Origin: Candidatus Eremiobacteria bacterium | GTDB taxonomy: Bacteria; Vulcanimicrobiota; Vulcanimicrobiia; Vulcanimicrobiales; Vulcanimicrobiaceae | Direction: 5' to 3' | DNA length: 64,000 nucleotides | Assembly: GCA_963758295.1 (NCBI GenBank) | Contig: CAVWUU010000001.1 | Location: 1-64,000, forward strand | Shown here: positions 10,254 to 19,886 of the stretch, in pieces | Numbering within the stretch: position 1 is the stretch's first letter | Layout: the number at the start of each line of letters is the position of its first letter | Notes under the pieces: model-generated | Databases searched by the model: none | What the model saw: only the letters and a program-made list of their open reading frames with translations | What the model was told of the DNA's origin: nothing | Position numbers and translations under genes: made by a program

Positions 10254-11069
10254 ATGAACCGGCTGCACGCCTACCTGAGAAGAATAGAATACGGCGGCCC
10301 GCTCTCTCCATCGCGTCAGACGCTGCACAATCTGCATCGCGCGCACCTGCTTGCGATTCCGTTTGAAAATCTCGAAGTGCAATTCAACCGCGTACCGTCG
10401 CTCGACGTCGATCGCATCTTCGAAAAGATCGTCGTCGCGAAGCATGGCGGCTGGTGCTTCGAAATGAACGCGCTCTTCGCGTGGGCGCTGCGCGAGATCG
10501 GGTTCGAGGTGGATTATCTAGCCGCTGCGGTAGGACGCGAAAAGCGCGGATCGAGCGCGCACATGAACCATATGGCGCTGGTCGTGCATCTCGATCAGCC
10601 GTTTCTGGCGGACGTCGGTTTCGGGAACGGCCCGCTGATCCCGATGCCGTTGAAGGTCGGCTCATCGAGCGACATGCGGTTCGAGTTTCACCTAACGCGA
10701 GACGGGGACTGGTGGCGCTTCCACAATCACCGGTATGACGGCACCACGTATGATTTTCTCGAGCTTCCGGTAACCCTCGAATCGTTCGCCGAAACGAATC
10801 AGTGGCTCGCGACGTCGCCCGAATCGTACTTCGTGCAAAACCTCGTTTGTGCACGCCTTACCGAAGACGGGATGATGCGCTTGACCAACGCTCTGCTGGA
10901 GCGCTTTACGACCTCGGCCATCAAGGAAGAGGCCGCCGTGAGCGCGCCCGCGCTGCAGCAAATTCTCGACGAATGCTTCGCTCTGCACGTCGAGCGCATC
11001 GCTGAATTGTGGACGCGGGTCTCCACGCAACACAAGGCTATGTTACGCAAACGCATTCGCGGCTTTTAA
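10254..11069 (+). CDS. Arylamine N-acetyltransferase
   Basis: IPFENL, GGWCFEMN (catalytic Cys), HMAL, ADVGFG. Confidence 0.92.
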   Translation: MNRLHAYLRRIEYGGPLSPSRQTLHNLHRAHLLAIPFENLEVQFNRVPSLDVDRIFEKIVVAKHGGWCFEMNALFAWALREIGFEVDYLAAAVGREKRGSSAHMNHMALVVHLDQPFLADVGFGNGPLIPMPLKVGSSSDMRFEFHLTRDGDWWRFHNHRYDGTTYDFLELPVTLESFAETNQWLATSPESYFVQNLVCARLTEDGMMRLTNALLERFTTSAIKEEAAVSAPALQQILDECFALHVERIAELWTRVSTQHKAMLRKRIRGF

Positions 11070-11581
11070 GCTCTCTCGTGCCGGGACATCAACGCGGCGG
11101 CGCCGATAAGCAACGGCACGAAGATGTCGCCGAACCAAAGGACGACGATTCCCGCGTTTGCGGGAGCGTAATTATGCAGCTTCAGGATTTCGTCCAGATG
11201 CTGCGCCGCCGCGGCAAGTGAAAAAATCACGAACGGCACCGTGATGGCAGCACGATACCCGTTGCCGTAACGGCGGCTAAAAAGTGCCGCGACGCCGAGC
11301 CCGATTTCGAACCATCCCAGCTCGTATTCGAACGGACTGGGCTGCCAACCGATTTGCGGAGCCGCTATCGACTGGAAATAGGCATGAAAAATGCCGGCCC
11401 AAATCATAGTCAACCCGACGTAGTAAAATGTCAGTTCCGTCCAAACGATCGTTGTGGAGGGAATCGGACGGCGCCCAAGGCCCGCGCGCCGGATCTTCGC
11501 GATAACCGCGGCAAGCGCCATGATGAAGAACAGCACCGGAAGGTTGCCGAGAACCGTTCGAATGACGTCCGCTATCAACAT
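11066..11581 (-). CDS. Multi-pass membrane protein (DUF6790-like)
   Basis: Hydrophobic helices, IGWQPSPFEYELG and NYAPANAG motifs. Confidence 0.7.
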   Translation of the reverse strand: MLIADVIRTVLGNLPVLFFIMALAAVIAKIRRAGLGRRPIPSTTIVWTELTFYYVGLTMIWAGIFHAYFQSIAAPQIGWQPSPFEYELGWFEIGLGVAALFSRRYGNGYRAAITVPFVIFSLAAAAQHLDEILKLHNYAPANAGIVVLWFGDIFVPLLIGAAALMSRHERA

Positions 11582-13212
11582 CGCTCTTCCCCTCGCAAGC
11601 GGTTCGTGATAATGGCGAGTGCTCCCAGATGTAGGAGCGTGTCTCCCGGCCCGTAAGTCGAGTGCCAGAACCAATCGTCGGATAGATAGTCGGAGTGGAG
11701 AACGGGATGGACCAGCGTAGCATGTTTATGCCCACGTTCGTTGCGACAGATCGGCCGGCCGCGACGATCGTCTTGCCACTCGGGATCGCTCTGTCGTTGG
11801 AGGCGCAGGGTGCGCGCCGATTCGATCGACTCACCCGGCCTCAAGAACGAGCGAAACGAACGGATCTCGTTGCAGATGGCGTCCTGGAAATACCAATAAT
11901 TCGCCCAGAAGATGCCGCGGCCGTTGGGATCTTCCAATACCGACGGATCGCAGCAAAAGAGGGTTCCGAAGACGTCGTTGCGCCATTGCTCGAAGGAAGC
12001 CGACGGCGACACGCCGGCAACGTCGAAAAAGTAACGCGTCTTTTCGAGCGACGAACCGAGCGTGAGGAACGCGCGAATTCGACCGAACTCTTCAGTCGTG
12101 AGGCCGCCTTGCAGCGCGAGTTGCGAAACACGAACGAGCGCATCCATTGCGATCGTCGCTCCTAGGCTGTGGGCGAGGATGACCACTCGATCGTAGGCCT
12201 GGCCGCCGTTCAGTCGCGGCGAGATTGCCCTCAAAATTGCATCGACGGTAACACGAAGAATGCCGTCACGCAGTTCGAAAAATCGGGAATCGTTTTCGTC
12301 GCGCGTCGTGTAGATTTGCACGTCGCCGAAGATATTGATGATGAAATCAACAAAAATCGCGCGTCCCAAAGAGTAAGCGATGAAGATCAGCAGCAAGAAC
12401 ACGATGCCGCGCCAGCCCAGCGCGCCGTTGGGGAACCGCACGACCGCCATGGAGTAGACAAAAAGCACGCCCATCACGGAAAGCACCGTTATGGCGACCG
12501 CGCGGTGCCAGATCGCTTTGGAGTTGTGACGAAGCGCAGCGCGCTGTTGGAAGAGTTTAATTAGCGCGGAGATCGCCTGGGTCACCAGAAAGGCGCCGAT
12601 CAGGCCCACGAAAAGCCAGACGCCGATTTTGATCGGGATGCCGCCGGGCGCATTCGCGTTGGCATTCAGCGTCGTTATCACGTCGCCGGCAGCGGAGTGT
12701 CGCAAAATCCCGGTAACGTCGAGAATTCGAAGGAACGATTGCCAAACCGCCGTCAGCGAAACGAAAAACAATGCAAACGAAATCACCAGCGCGCCGCCGA
12801 TGAAGCCGTAGTCAAAGAATTGCTTTCCCGCCGTGGCGTCGTAGCGTGCGGTCGTATTCAGCGGGACGAACACCACCCGAAAAATCCACGCGAGGATGCC
12901 CCACCACTTGGTCCGGCCTTTGTCGATGGCGCTCCAATATGCTTCCATCACGTCGTAATAGGTGCCGCGCGGATGGCTTGGGTCGTCGCCGTCCTGGTGT
13001 ACGCGGCTGATCGTCGGGACCGGATCGTCCGCGCCATGTTCCAAAACGTTGCCCGGATTAACCGCGTCGATTACCCACTTGCCGTTGCCACCCGCTTCAT
13101 TCAAGCGTTTAGCGAGTTCGCTCGAGCATTGATCCTGAAACTCGTAGCGCGGATGCGGCGATACTCCGTGAACGACGACGAGGGCTACCCGTTCGCCCTT
13201 TAAATCTTCCAT
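11575..13212 (-). CDS. Membrane-anchored alpha/beta-hydrolase-fold protein
   Basis: VVVHGV, central TM helices, LAHSLG nucleophile elbow, C-terminal HSDY. Confidence 0.65.
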   Translation of the reverse strand: MEDLKGERVALVVVHGVSPHPRYEFQDQCSSELAKRLNEAGGNGKWVIDAVNPGNVLEHGADDPVPTISRVHQDGDDPSHPRGTYYDVMEAYWSAIDKGRTKWWGILAWIFRVVFVPLNTTARYDATAGKQFFDYGFIGGALVISFALFFVSLTAVWQSFLRILDVTGILRHSAAGDVITTLNANANAPGGIPIKIGVWLFVGLIGAFLVTQAISALIKLFQQRAALRHNSKAIWHRAVAITVLSVMGVLFVYSMAVVRFPNGALGWRGIVFLLLIFIAYSLGRAIFVDFIINIFGDVQIYTTRDENDSRFFELRDGILRVTVDAILRAISPRLNGGQAYDRVVILAHSLGATIAMDALVRVSQLALQGGLTTEEFGRIRAFLTLGSSLEKTRYFFDVAGVSPSASFEQWRNDVFGTLFCCDPSVLEDPNGRGIFWANYWYFQDAICNEIRSFRSFLRPGESIESARTLRLQRQSDPEWQDDRRGRPICRNERGHKHATLVHPVLHSDYLSDDWFWHSTYGPGDTLLHLGALAIITNRLRGEERC

Positions 13213-14789
13213 GATCCCGCGTTCCACGTCGGCAAGAACGCGTTCGGCTTAAATCCGCTCAGGCGGTCGCTGGACGCGTAGATGTAATTGGCGTTGAACA
13301 AATACAGCACTGGGACTTCGCTTGCCACGATTCGCGCAATTTCGCTGTAGAGCTGCCGGCGCCGAGGTTGCGACATCGAGACGATAGCCTCTTTTTCAAG
13401 CGCGTCGACGCGCTTGTTGCACCAGCGCATGTAATTTGAACTTCCGTCGCAGGAAAGCACGAACGAATCGTCCGGATCGGCGCCCATCGTAAAGGGCACG
13501 TACGCAAGATCGAACGTGCCGGTTGCCAGCGTGCCGGTTTTTGGCAAAAAGAGTTGCGCGTTGCTTACGCTTTTTACCGTTACGTCGATCCCGCGCTGAT
13601 GCAGCTGGGCTTGTACCGCCGTTGCTACGCGAACGCCGGTCGTCGATTCGGGAAACTGCACGTAGACCAAGCGAAACGTCTGCCCACCGTGGCGTCGCAT
13701 TCCATCAGTTCCGCGCGGCCAGCCGGCGCGATCGAGAAGCGCGTCGGCGCCTGCGGGGTCGAACTGCGGCTCGCGGACTCGCCCGTCGTACGCCCACGAG
13801 AACTGCGGCTGAAGCACGTTCGTAACGGGATACTTTCCGAGCGTAATCTTCGCGCTTATGCCGGCACGGTCGACCGACATGGCAAGCGCGCGGCGAACCA
13901 GCACATCATCGAGCGGCGCATGCTGAGTGTTGAAGACCAGTCCCGCAACGACGGCTGTCGGCACGGTAGTAAACCGCAGGTGCGCATTCTTGCCGACGAT
14001 CTGCAACTGCGCGGGCGCAATCAAGTTCCAGTCCAGCCCGCCGGATTGTAGCATCAATAGATTCGTGGACGGGTCCGGTGCAATCCGAACGTCAAGTTTT
14101 TCGACAGCCGGCTTCCCGCGCCAATACCGGGCATTGGCAACATACTGCAGTGCCTCGCCCCGATGCCACGAAACAAATGTGTACGGTCCGTCACCAACGG
14201 ACGGCGCCGCGTTAAACGAAGCTAGCGCGAGAGGCGCTTGCTTCTCGAGGACGTGAGCGGGCAAAACGAACTGCGGAGACGTCCCATACGAAAAGTACGT
14301 CATAACCGCCGGCGCCCAGGCCTTCTTTAAGTGAAAGACGACCGTATGCGCATCCGGTGCGGACGCCCGGTCGATCAGCTCGTAGCCTTCGTGCGAGCGA
14401 ACGGGATTGCGCGGATCGAGAATTGCGTGCAGTGTGAAGAGCACGTCGGCGCTGGTGACCGGGCGGCCGTCGCTCCACTTCACACCGGGTCGAAGGTGGT
14501 AGGTAAGCCTCCGGCCGCCGGCCGAGACACCGCCGTTAGCCACGCTCGGTAGCTCGCGTAGAAGCGCCGGCACCGGATGGCCGCCTGGATCTAGATCGAT
14601 GAACGGCTCGAAGGCCAGCCGTGCGACTTGCTGCTCGACCGAAGCAGCATCAGGGTGCAGGAAGAGCGGATTGAGCGAAGCGGGGTCCGCCGCCAAGTCG
14701 AAGCGGACCGTGGACGCTTCCGGGGCACTTGGGCCCGAACACCCCGCCGCTAAGGCGAGCGCCAGCATGAAAGCAGACCGAAGTCTCAT
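13200..14789 (-). CDS. Peptide ABC transporter substrate-binding lipoprotein (family 5)
   Basis: Lipobox LAAGC, LRPGVKWSDG.PVTSADV.FT, GDGPY. Confidence 0.92.
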   Translation of the reverse strand: MRLRSAFMLALALAAGCSGPSAPEASTVRFDLAADPASLNPLFLHPDAASVEQQVARLAFEPFIDLDPGGHPVPALLRELPSVANGGVSAGGRRLTYHLRPGVKWSDGRPVTSADVLFTLHAILDPRNPVRSHEGYELIDRASAPDAHTVVFHLKKAWAPAVMTYFSYGTSPQFVLPAHVLEKQAPLALASFNAAPSVGDGPYTFVSWHRGEALQYVANARYWRGKPAVEKLDVRIAPDPSTNLLMLQSGGLDWNLIAPAQLQIVGKNAHLRFTTVPTAVVAGLVFNTQHAPLDDVLVRRALAMSVDRAGISAKITLGKYPVTNVLQPQFSWAYDGRVREPQFDPAGADALLDRAGWPRGTDGMRRHGGQTFRLVYVQFPESTTGVRVATAVQAQLHQRGIDVTVKSVSNAQLFLPKTGTLATGTFDLAYVPFTMGADPDDSFVLSCDGSSNYMRWCNKRVDALEKEAIVSMSQPRRRQLYSEIARIVASEVPVLYLFNANYIYASSDRLSGFKPNAFLPTWNAGSWKI

Positions 14790-14867
14790 TAGGAACGCCC
14801 GTTCGCCTTGGGATTGCGCGGGCCCGCCCGGGAAATCTCGCCTCGCCCCCTGGTGACTACATAGGGG

Positions 14868-14918
14868 TTGTCCGAATAAATCGTCGGTGCTATAGTCATT
14901 TTACCGAATAACTGTCGG
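14868..14918 (+). promoter_or_regulatory. Sigma70-type promoter with two CCGA-N7/8-TCGG operator-like boxes
   Basis: TTGTCC (14868-14873), 17-bp spacer, TATAGT (14891-14896). Boxes CCGAATAAATCGTCGG at 14872-14887 and CCGAATAACTGTCGG at 14904-14918. Confidence 0.7.
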
Positions 14919-14941
14919 GGAAAAGGCGCAACCTGTCGAAT

Positions 14942-15412
14942 ATGGTACTGCTCACGGACGATCTCGATGAGCTGGACGTCCAGCTCTTAGAGGCGCTGCA
15001 ACGCAACGCGCGCTCCACTTTCGCAGAGCTCGGCGCGCTGGTGGGACTCAAGCCTCCCGCCGTGCACGACCGGGTGAAGCGGCTGGAACAACGCGGGCAT
15101 ATCCGCGGCTATTCAGCACAGCTCGACAGTAAGCGCCTTGGGCTCGAGCTCGTCGCATTCGTCAGTTGCTACACGGCTCCCGACTGCAACTACGACGACT
15201 TCACGCGAACGCTTAGTGGATTGCCGGAAGTCTGCGAAGTGCATTCGGTCGCCGGCGAGGAGACCTTCATGTGTAAGGTCGTCACGCGCTCGACGCAACA
15301 TCTCGACGAACTACTGGCGCGATTGAAATCGATGCGCGGTATGGCACGAACGAAGACGACGATCGTGTTGACCACGCCGTTCGATCGCGGGGGAATCTCA
15401 ATCGTTTCATGA
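14942..15412 (+). CDS. Lrp/AsnC family transcriptional regulator
   Basis: LDELD..LL..LQRNAR.TFAELG HTH, RVKRLE..G.IRGY, C-terminal RAM domain. Confidence 0.95.
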   Translation: MVLLTDDLDELDVQLLEALQRNARSTFAELGALVGLKPPAVHDRVKRLEQRGHIRGYSAQLDSKRLGLELVAFVSCYTAPDCNYDDFTRTLSGLPEVCEVHSVAGEETFMCKVVTRSTQHLDELLARLKSMRGMARTKTTIVLTTPFDRGGISIVS

Positions 15413-16476
15413 GCATCGTCTTCGATAGAACGTTACATCCGCTCGGCACGCACCGCGTGGTGGAGCCCGCGGGCGCCATGCCGCAAAGCGCCTGGAAGCT
15501 CGATAACACGCCGATCGCCTTCGACAACGAAATTTTGTGCGATGTCGAAGTCCTGAATATTGACTCGGCGTCTTTCAAGCAAATTTCCGACGAATGCGGC
15601 GCAGACGCCAAAAAGATCGAAGCGCACATTTTGAACATCGTTCGTGAGCGCGGCAAGCAGCACAATCCCGTGACCGGAAGCGGCGGCATGTTCATTGGAT
15701 ACGTGCTGAAAATCGGCGAAAAGCTGCGCGACAAGATCGATTTGAAGCCCGGGGACCGCATCGCGTCGCTCGTATCGCTAACGCTCACGCCGTTGCATGT
15801 CGAGGCCATCACTCGGATAGACGTGAGTACCGGCCGCGTATGGATTCGCGGGAAAGCGGTGCTTTTTGAATCCGGCTTGTGGTCTAAACTACCCGACGAC
15901 ATCGACGAAAACGTCGCCCTCGCGGTCTTGGACGTTGCCGGCGCTCCGGCTCAAGTGAAACGGATGTGCCGCCCGGGACAGTCGGTGGTCGTTGTCGGTG
16001 CCGACGGTAAGAGCGGCATGCTTTCGTGCGCGCAAGCGAAAGCGCAAGTCGGTGCAAGCGGAAAAGTGATCGGCATCGCCCCCTGGGACGACACGCCGTC
16101 GGCGAAACTGCTGCAACAAAACGCGCTCGTGGACGAGTTCATCGTCGCCGACGCGCGAAACACGCTGGAGCTGAGCGAAAAAGTTCGCGCCGCGTTGCCC
16201 GAGCTTGCAGACATCGTCATAAATTGCGTGAACGTGCCCAACACGGAACTGGGTTCGATTCTCTGCACGAAAGACGACGGCATCGTGTACTTTTTTTCCA
16301 TGTCCACGTCGTTCACGGCCGCCGCACTCGGCGCCGAAGGCGTCGGCAAAGACGTGACCATGATCGTCGGCAATGGATATGCCAAAGGGCATGCCGACAC
16401 CGCACTGCAGACGCTGCGCGACAATCCGGCGATTCACGCATACTTTAATTCGAAGTACGCGACCAAGGAGCAATAG
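15409..16476 (+). CDS. kdd: L-erythro-3,5-diaminohexanoate dehydrogenase
   Basis: GTHRVVEP, LNIDSASF, RGKQHNPVTGSGGM, LVSLTLTPL, LDVAGAPA, FFSMSTSF; adjacent to kamA. Confidence 0.88.
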   Translation: MSIVFDRTLHPLGTHRVVEPAGAMPQSAWKLDNTPIAFDNEILCDVEVLNIDSASFKQISDECGADAKKIEAHILNIVRERGKQHNPVTGSGGMFIGYVLKIGEKLRDKIDLKPGDRIASLVSLTLTPLHVEAITRIDVSTGRVWIRGKAVLFESGLWSKLPDDIDENVALAVLDVAGAPAQVKRMCRPGQSVVVVGADGKSGMLSCAQAKAQVGASGKVIGIAPWDDTPSAKLLQQNALVDEFIVADARNTLELSEKVRAALPELADIVINCVNVPNTELGSILCTKDDGIVYFFSMSTSFTAAALGAEGVGKDVTMIVGNGYAKGHADTALQTLRDNPAIHAYFNSKYATKEQ

Positions 16477-16486
16477 GCGAGGACTT

Positions 16487-17860
16487 ATGAGCGAGATCAA
16501 ACATCTCAAACCGCCGGCATCGCCCGAGCAGTTCGAATACAAGAACCTCAAACAAGGCGAGTTCTGGCGCCACATTCCGGCGTACAAAGAAATCGACGAA
16601 GCAACGTTTCTCGATCATCTCTGGCAGCAGAAGCATGCGGTGAAGACGCCGCAAGAGCTGCTCGAAACGATCAAGGACGTTTGTTCGCCCGAGTTCTTCG
16701 CCGACGTGGAAGCGGGATTCCACAAGGCGCCGATGGCGGTACGCGTGTCGCCGTACGCGATGTCGCTGATCGACTGGAGCGATCCGGTAAACGATCCGAT
16801 CCGCCGTCAATTCATTCCGCTCGCCTCGACGCTGCTTCCCGACCATCCGCGCCTGACGCTCGATTCGCTGCACGAACAGGACGACTCGCCCGTTCCCGGC
16901 CTCGTGCACCGCTACGTAGACAAAGCACTCTTCCTTCCGCTGAACACGTGTCCCGTGTACTGCCGCTTCTGCACGCGCAGCTACGCGATCGGCCCCGACA
17001 CCGAAAACGTCGACAAAGTCTCGCTCGCAAAGACCCCCAAGCAGTGGGAAGAAGCGTTCAAGTACATTGCGGAACGCCCGGAACTGGAAGACATCGTCAT
17101 CTCGGGCGGCGATACGTATCAGCTGCCGGCAAAAAACATCTCGCTCATCGGCAACGCGTTGCTGGACATTCCGCACGTTCGCCGCATGCGCTTCGCCACC
17201 AAAGGCCCGGCGATCATGCCGATGAAGATCATCACCGACGCGCCATGGCTCGACGCGCTCACGGGCGTCGTCGACCGGGGTCGCAAGATGGGCAAAGACG
17301 TCGTGTTGCACACGCACTTCAACTCGCCCGAAGAGATCACGTGGATCACCGAAAAAGCAATGAACATGCTTTTCGAACGCGGCATTTACACGCGCAATCA
17401 ATCGGTGCTCATCCGTGGAGTGAACGACACTCAAGAACGCATGCATCGGCTCGTCAAGCGCCTCGAATACGTGAACGTGCATCCGTACTACGTCTACATG
17501 CACGACATGGTTCGCGGCGTCGAGGAACTGCGCACGACCGTGCAAACCTCGTGCGACATCGAGAAGTTCGTCCGCGGCAGCACCGCCGGCTACAATACGC
17601 CGCTCTTCATCTGCGACGCGCCGGGCGGCGGCGGCAAGCGCGACATCCACTCCTTCGAGTACTACGATCGCGAAAACGGCATTACGGTTTACGCGGCGCC
17701 GAGCGTCAAAGCCGGTAAAGCGTTTCTGTACTTCGATCCGATCGACAAGCTCTCACCGGACGCGCAAGCCCGGTGGGCCGTCAAAGAGATCCAAGACGAC
17801 ATGATCCACGATGCCATCCGCAAGGCGGGCGTGGGCGATGAAGAACTGGTGCTCGCCTAA
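16487..17860 (+). CDS. kamA: Lysine 2,3-aminomutase (KamA radical SAM)
   Basis: GLVHRY.DK, CPVYCRFC, ISGGD, NQSVLIRGVND, PYYVY, DAPGGGGK (PLP Lys). Confidence 0.88.
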   Translation: MSEIKHLKPPASPEQFEYKNLKQGEFWRHIPAYKEIDEATFLDHLWQQKHAVKTPQELLETIKDVCSPEFFADVEAGFHKAPMAVRVSPYAMSLIDWSDPVNDPIRRQFIPLASTLLPDHPRLTLDSLHEQDDSPVPGLVHRYVDKALFLPLNTCPVYCRFCTRSYAIGPDTENVDKVSLAKTPKQWEEAFKYIAERPELEDIVISGGDTYQLPAKNISLIGNALLDIPHVRRMRFATKGPAIMPMKIITDAPWLDALTGVVDRGRKMGKDVVLHTHFNSPEEITWITEKAMNMLFERGIYTRNQSVLIRGVNDTQERMHRLVKRLEYVNVHPYYVYMHDMVRGVEELRTTVQTSCDIEKFVRGSTAGYNTPLFICDAPGGGGKRDIHSFEYYDRENGITVYAAPSVKAGKAFLYFDPIDKLSPDAQARWAVKEIQDDMIHDAIRKAGVGDEELVLA

Positions 17861-17884
17861 CGCGAGCTCGACGCTTCAAAGCAA

Positions 17885-17910
17885 AAACGGCCCGGCCGCA
17901 AGGCCGTTTC
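17885..17910. terminator. Hairpin between convergent genes
   Basis: AAACGGCC...GGCCGTTT stem. Confidence 0.55.
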
Positions 17911-17912
17911 TC

Positions 17913-17940
17913 GTCATCCTGAGCCTGTCGAACGAAGGAC
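17913..17940 (+). repeat. REP-like element GTCATCCTGAGCCTGTCGAA
   Basis: Related copies at 49769-49790 and, degenerate on the minus strand, at ~40907-40928. Confidence 0.55.
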
Positions 17941-17961
17941 GGGCGCATACCAGCACGATCC

Positions 17962-18435
17962 CTAGGTGCCGAGTTCGGTCAAGCCGGGGTGGTCCGCCGG
18001 TCTTGCAGCCGGCGCCGTCCAGCGGAACTTGCGGTCTTCTTCGCGGATCGGCACGTCGTTGATGCTGGCTTCGCGCCTGCGCATCAAGCCGTCTTCGTCG
18101 AACTCCCATTGCTCGTTCCCAAACGCGCGATACCAATTTCCCGAGTCGTCGTGGTACTCGTATTGGAAGCGCACGGCAATGCGGTTTTCGTGGAAAGCCC
18201 ATAATTCTTTGACGAGCCGATAATCGAGTTCGCGCGCCCACTTACGCTTGAGGAAAGCCACGATCTCCGAGCGGCCGGTGAAAAACTCGGCGCGATTGCG
18301 CCAGCGGCTTTTTTCGGTGTATGCCAACGACACACGCTCGGGATCGCGTGAATTCCACGCGTCTTCGGCCATGCGAACCTTTTGGACGGCCGTTTCATAC
18401 GTAAACGGCGGAAGCGGGGGCCGTTGCTGCATCAT
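17962..18435 (-). CDS. DUF1348 / NTF2-like family protein
   Basis: [44 protein letters not shown]. Confidence 0.9.
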   Translation of the reverse strand: MMQQRPPLPPFTYETAVQKVRMAEDAWNSRDPERVSLAYTEKSRWRNRAEFFTGRSEIVAFLKRKWARELDYRLVKELWAFHENRIAVRFQYEYHDDSGNWYRAFGNEQWEFDEDGLMRRREASINDVPIREEDRKFRWTAPAARPADHPGLTELGT

Positions 18436-18718
18436 TGGCTCGACTTCGTCTCGGCGACCTCGATCAGCGCGAGATTGATTTCCGGCCGGTGCGTTCGCTG
18501 CAATACGAGCAGCATTTCGCTAAGATCGTTCGTTCGCTCTACGTTCCCGGTGATCGAGACCGCTCCCACTTGTTCCTCAACCCGATACTCGCATGCCTTT
18601 TTTCCAATCGAAATAGCGAGCCCAATTCGAAATAGGCGAACGTGCGCGGGGCGGCTTGGCGACAACTGAACGTATCGCATGCCGCATTATACCATGCGTT
18701 GTGGGGAACAAAGCGCAA

Positions 18719-19750
18719 ATGGCCGGCTTGCCGTTGTGGTCGATTGTTGCGCTCTTCGTACTCGCAGGTGCCGTGATTTGGTGGGCGGGAACGGTTCTTG
18801 CTTTCTCGACCGATGCTATAGATGCATACGCGGGATGGGGCGAGGGAATGGGCGGCGCCGTCTTCCTCGCGATTGCAACGAATCTTCCGGAAGTCGCGAT
18901 TGTTGCGGGCTGCGTGTACACACATACGATGTCGCTCGCGGTCGGCAACATTCTCGGCGGGATAGCCATACAGACCGTCGTGCTGGTGCTGCTCGACGGG
19001 CCGGGATTGCGTAGCAAAGTGCCGTTGATGTCGACGGTCCAATCGCTGACGATCGTTCTGCAAGGAATGGTCCTTGTGGGCATCTTGATGTTTTGCATCC
19101 TGGGCGCGCTGATGCCGCGTACGCTCATCGCTTTTCGTATGACACCCGCTGAAATCGCTATTGTCATCGCCTGGTTCGGCGGCCTGTGGCTCGTTCAGCA
19201 AAACGAAGATCGCGCCGCTTGGCGCACCGGGCATGAAGCGCTGGCCGAAGCTTCGCACATGCCGCTAACCAAAGGGCGATCGCTAAAGAAGGCGATGATC
19301 TATTTCGCCGTCGCGGCGCTTGCCACGCTGCTCTCGGGCGTCGTCATCGAGCTTGCGAGCGCCGAGATCGCTACGCGCATGCACTGGCAAGGCGTGTTGT
19401 TCGGCGCAACGATTCTCGCTGCAGTTACGGCGCTTCCCGAAGTTACGACCGGGCTCGCCGCGATTCGAGCCGGAAAGTTCGAGCTTGCGATAAGCGACAT
19501 CGTGGGCGGAAACGGATTTCTGCCCGTGCTGTTCTTATTCGGAACGCTTCTGAGCGGCGAAGCACTCTTGCCCGACGCGCAGGGTCCCGACTTGTATCTG
19601 ACAGCTCTGGGTGCGCTCCTGACGGTGGTCTATTGCGCCGGCGCGGTCTTGCGCTCAAAGCGGCTGATTTTCGGCGCCGGCGTAGATTCCATGATCGTTC
19701 TTGCGCTCTACATCGTCGGCATCGGCGGACTCTTTTTCGTCAAGAGCTGA
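18719..19750 (+). CDS. Sodium:calcium antiporter (CaCA) family protein
   Basis: Two alpha repeats ATNLPE..GNILGG and VTALPE..SDIVGGN; about 10 TM helices. Confidence 0.88.
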   Translation: MAGLPLWSIVALFVLAGAVIWWAGTVLAFSTDAIDAYAGWGEGMGGAVFLAIATNLPEVAIVAGCVYTHTMSLAVGNILGGIAIQTVVLVLLDGPGLRSKVPLMSTVQSLTIVLQGMVLVGILMFCILGALMPRTLIAFRMTPAEIAIVIAWFGGLWLVQQNEDRAAWRTGHEALAEASHMPLTKGRSLKKAMIYFAVAALATLLSGVVIELASAEIATRMHWQGVLFGATILAAVTALPEVTTGLAAIRAGKFELAISDIVGGNGFLPVLFLFGTLLSGEALLPDAQGPDLYLTALGALLTVVYCAGAVLRSKRLIFGAGVDSMIVLALYIVGIGGLFFVKS

Positions 19751-19886
19751 CGGCGCGCGAAGCGAATGTAAGATTGCTCACAATAACGTTCTTGAGCATG
19801 AACACACTTCTATTTCATGCCGGAGCGGGCGCAGAATCGAGGAGCATTGTTTTTTCCTTCCTGCGATCTTTGGGGGCATACGCACT

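Noticed and set aside
18432..18680. 82-aa minus-strand ORF overlapping the DUF1348 start
   Set aside because: It has an ATGA overlap but no recognisable motif and runs through the probable divergent promoter region; too weak to call.
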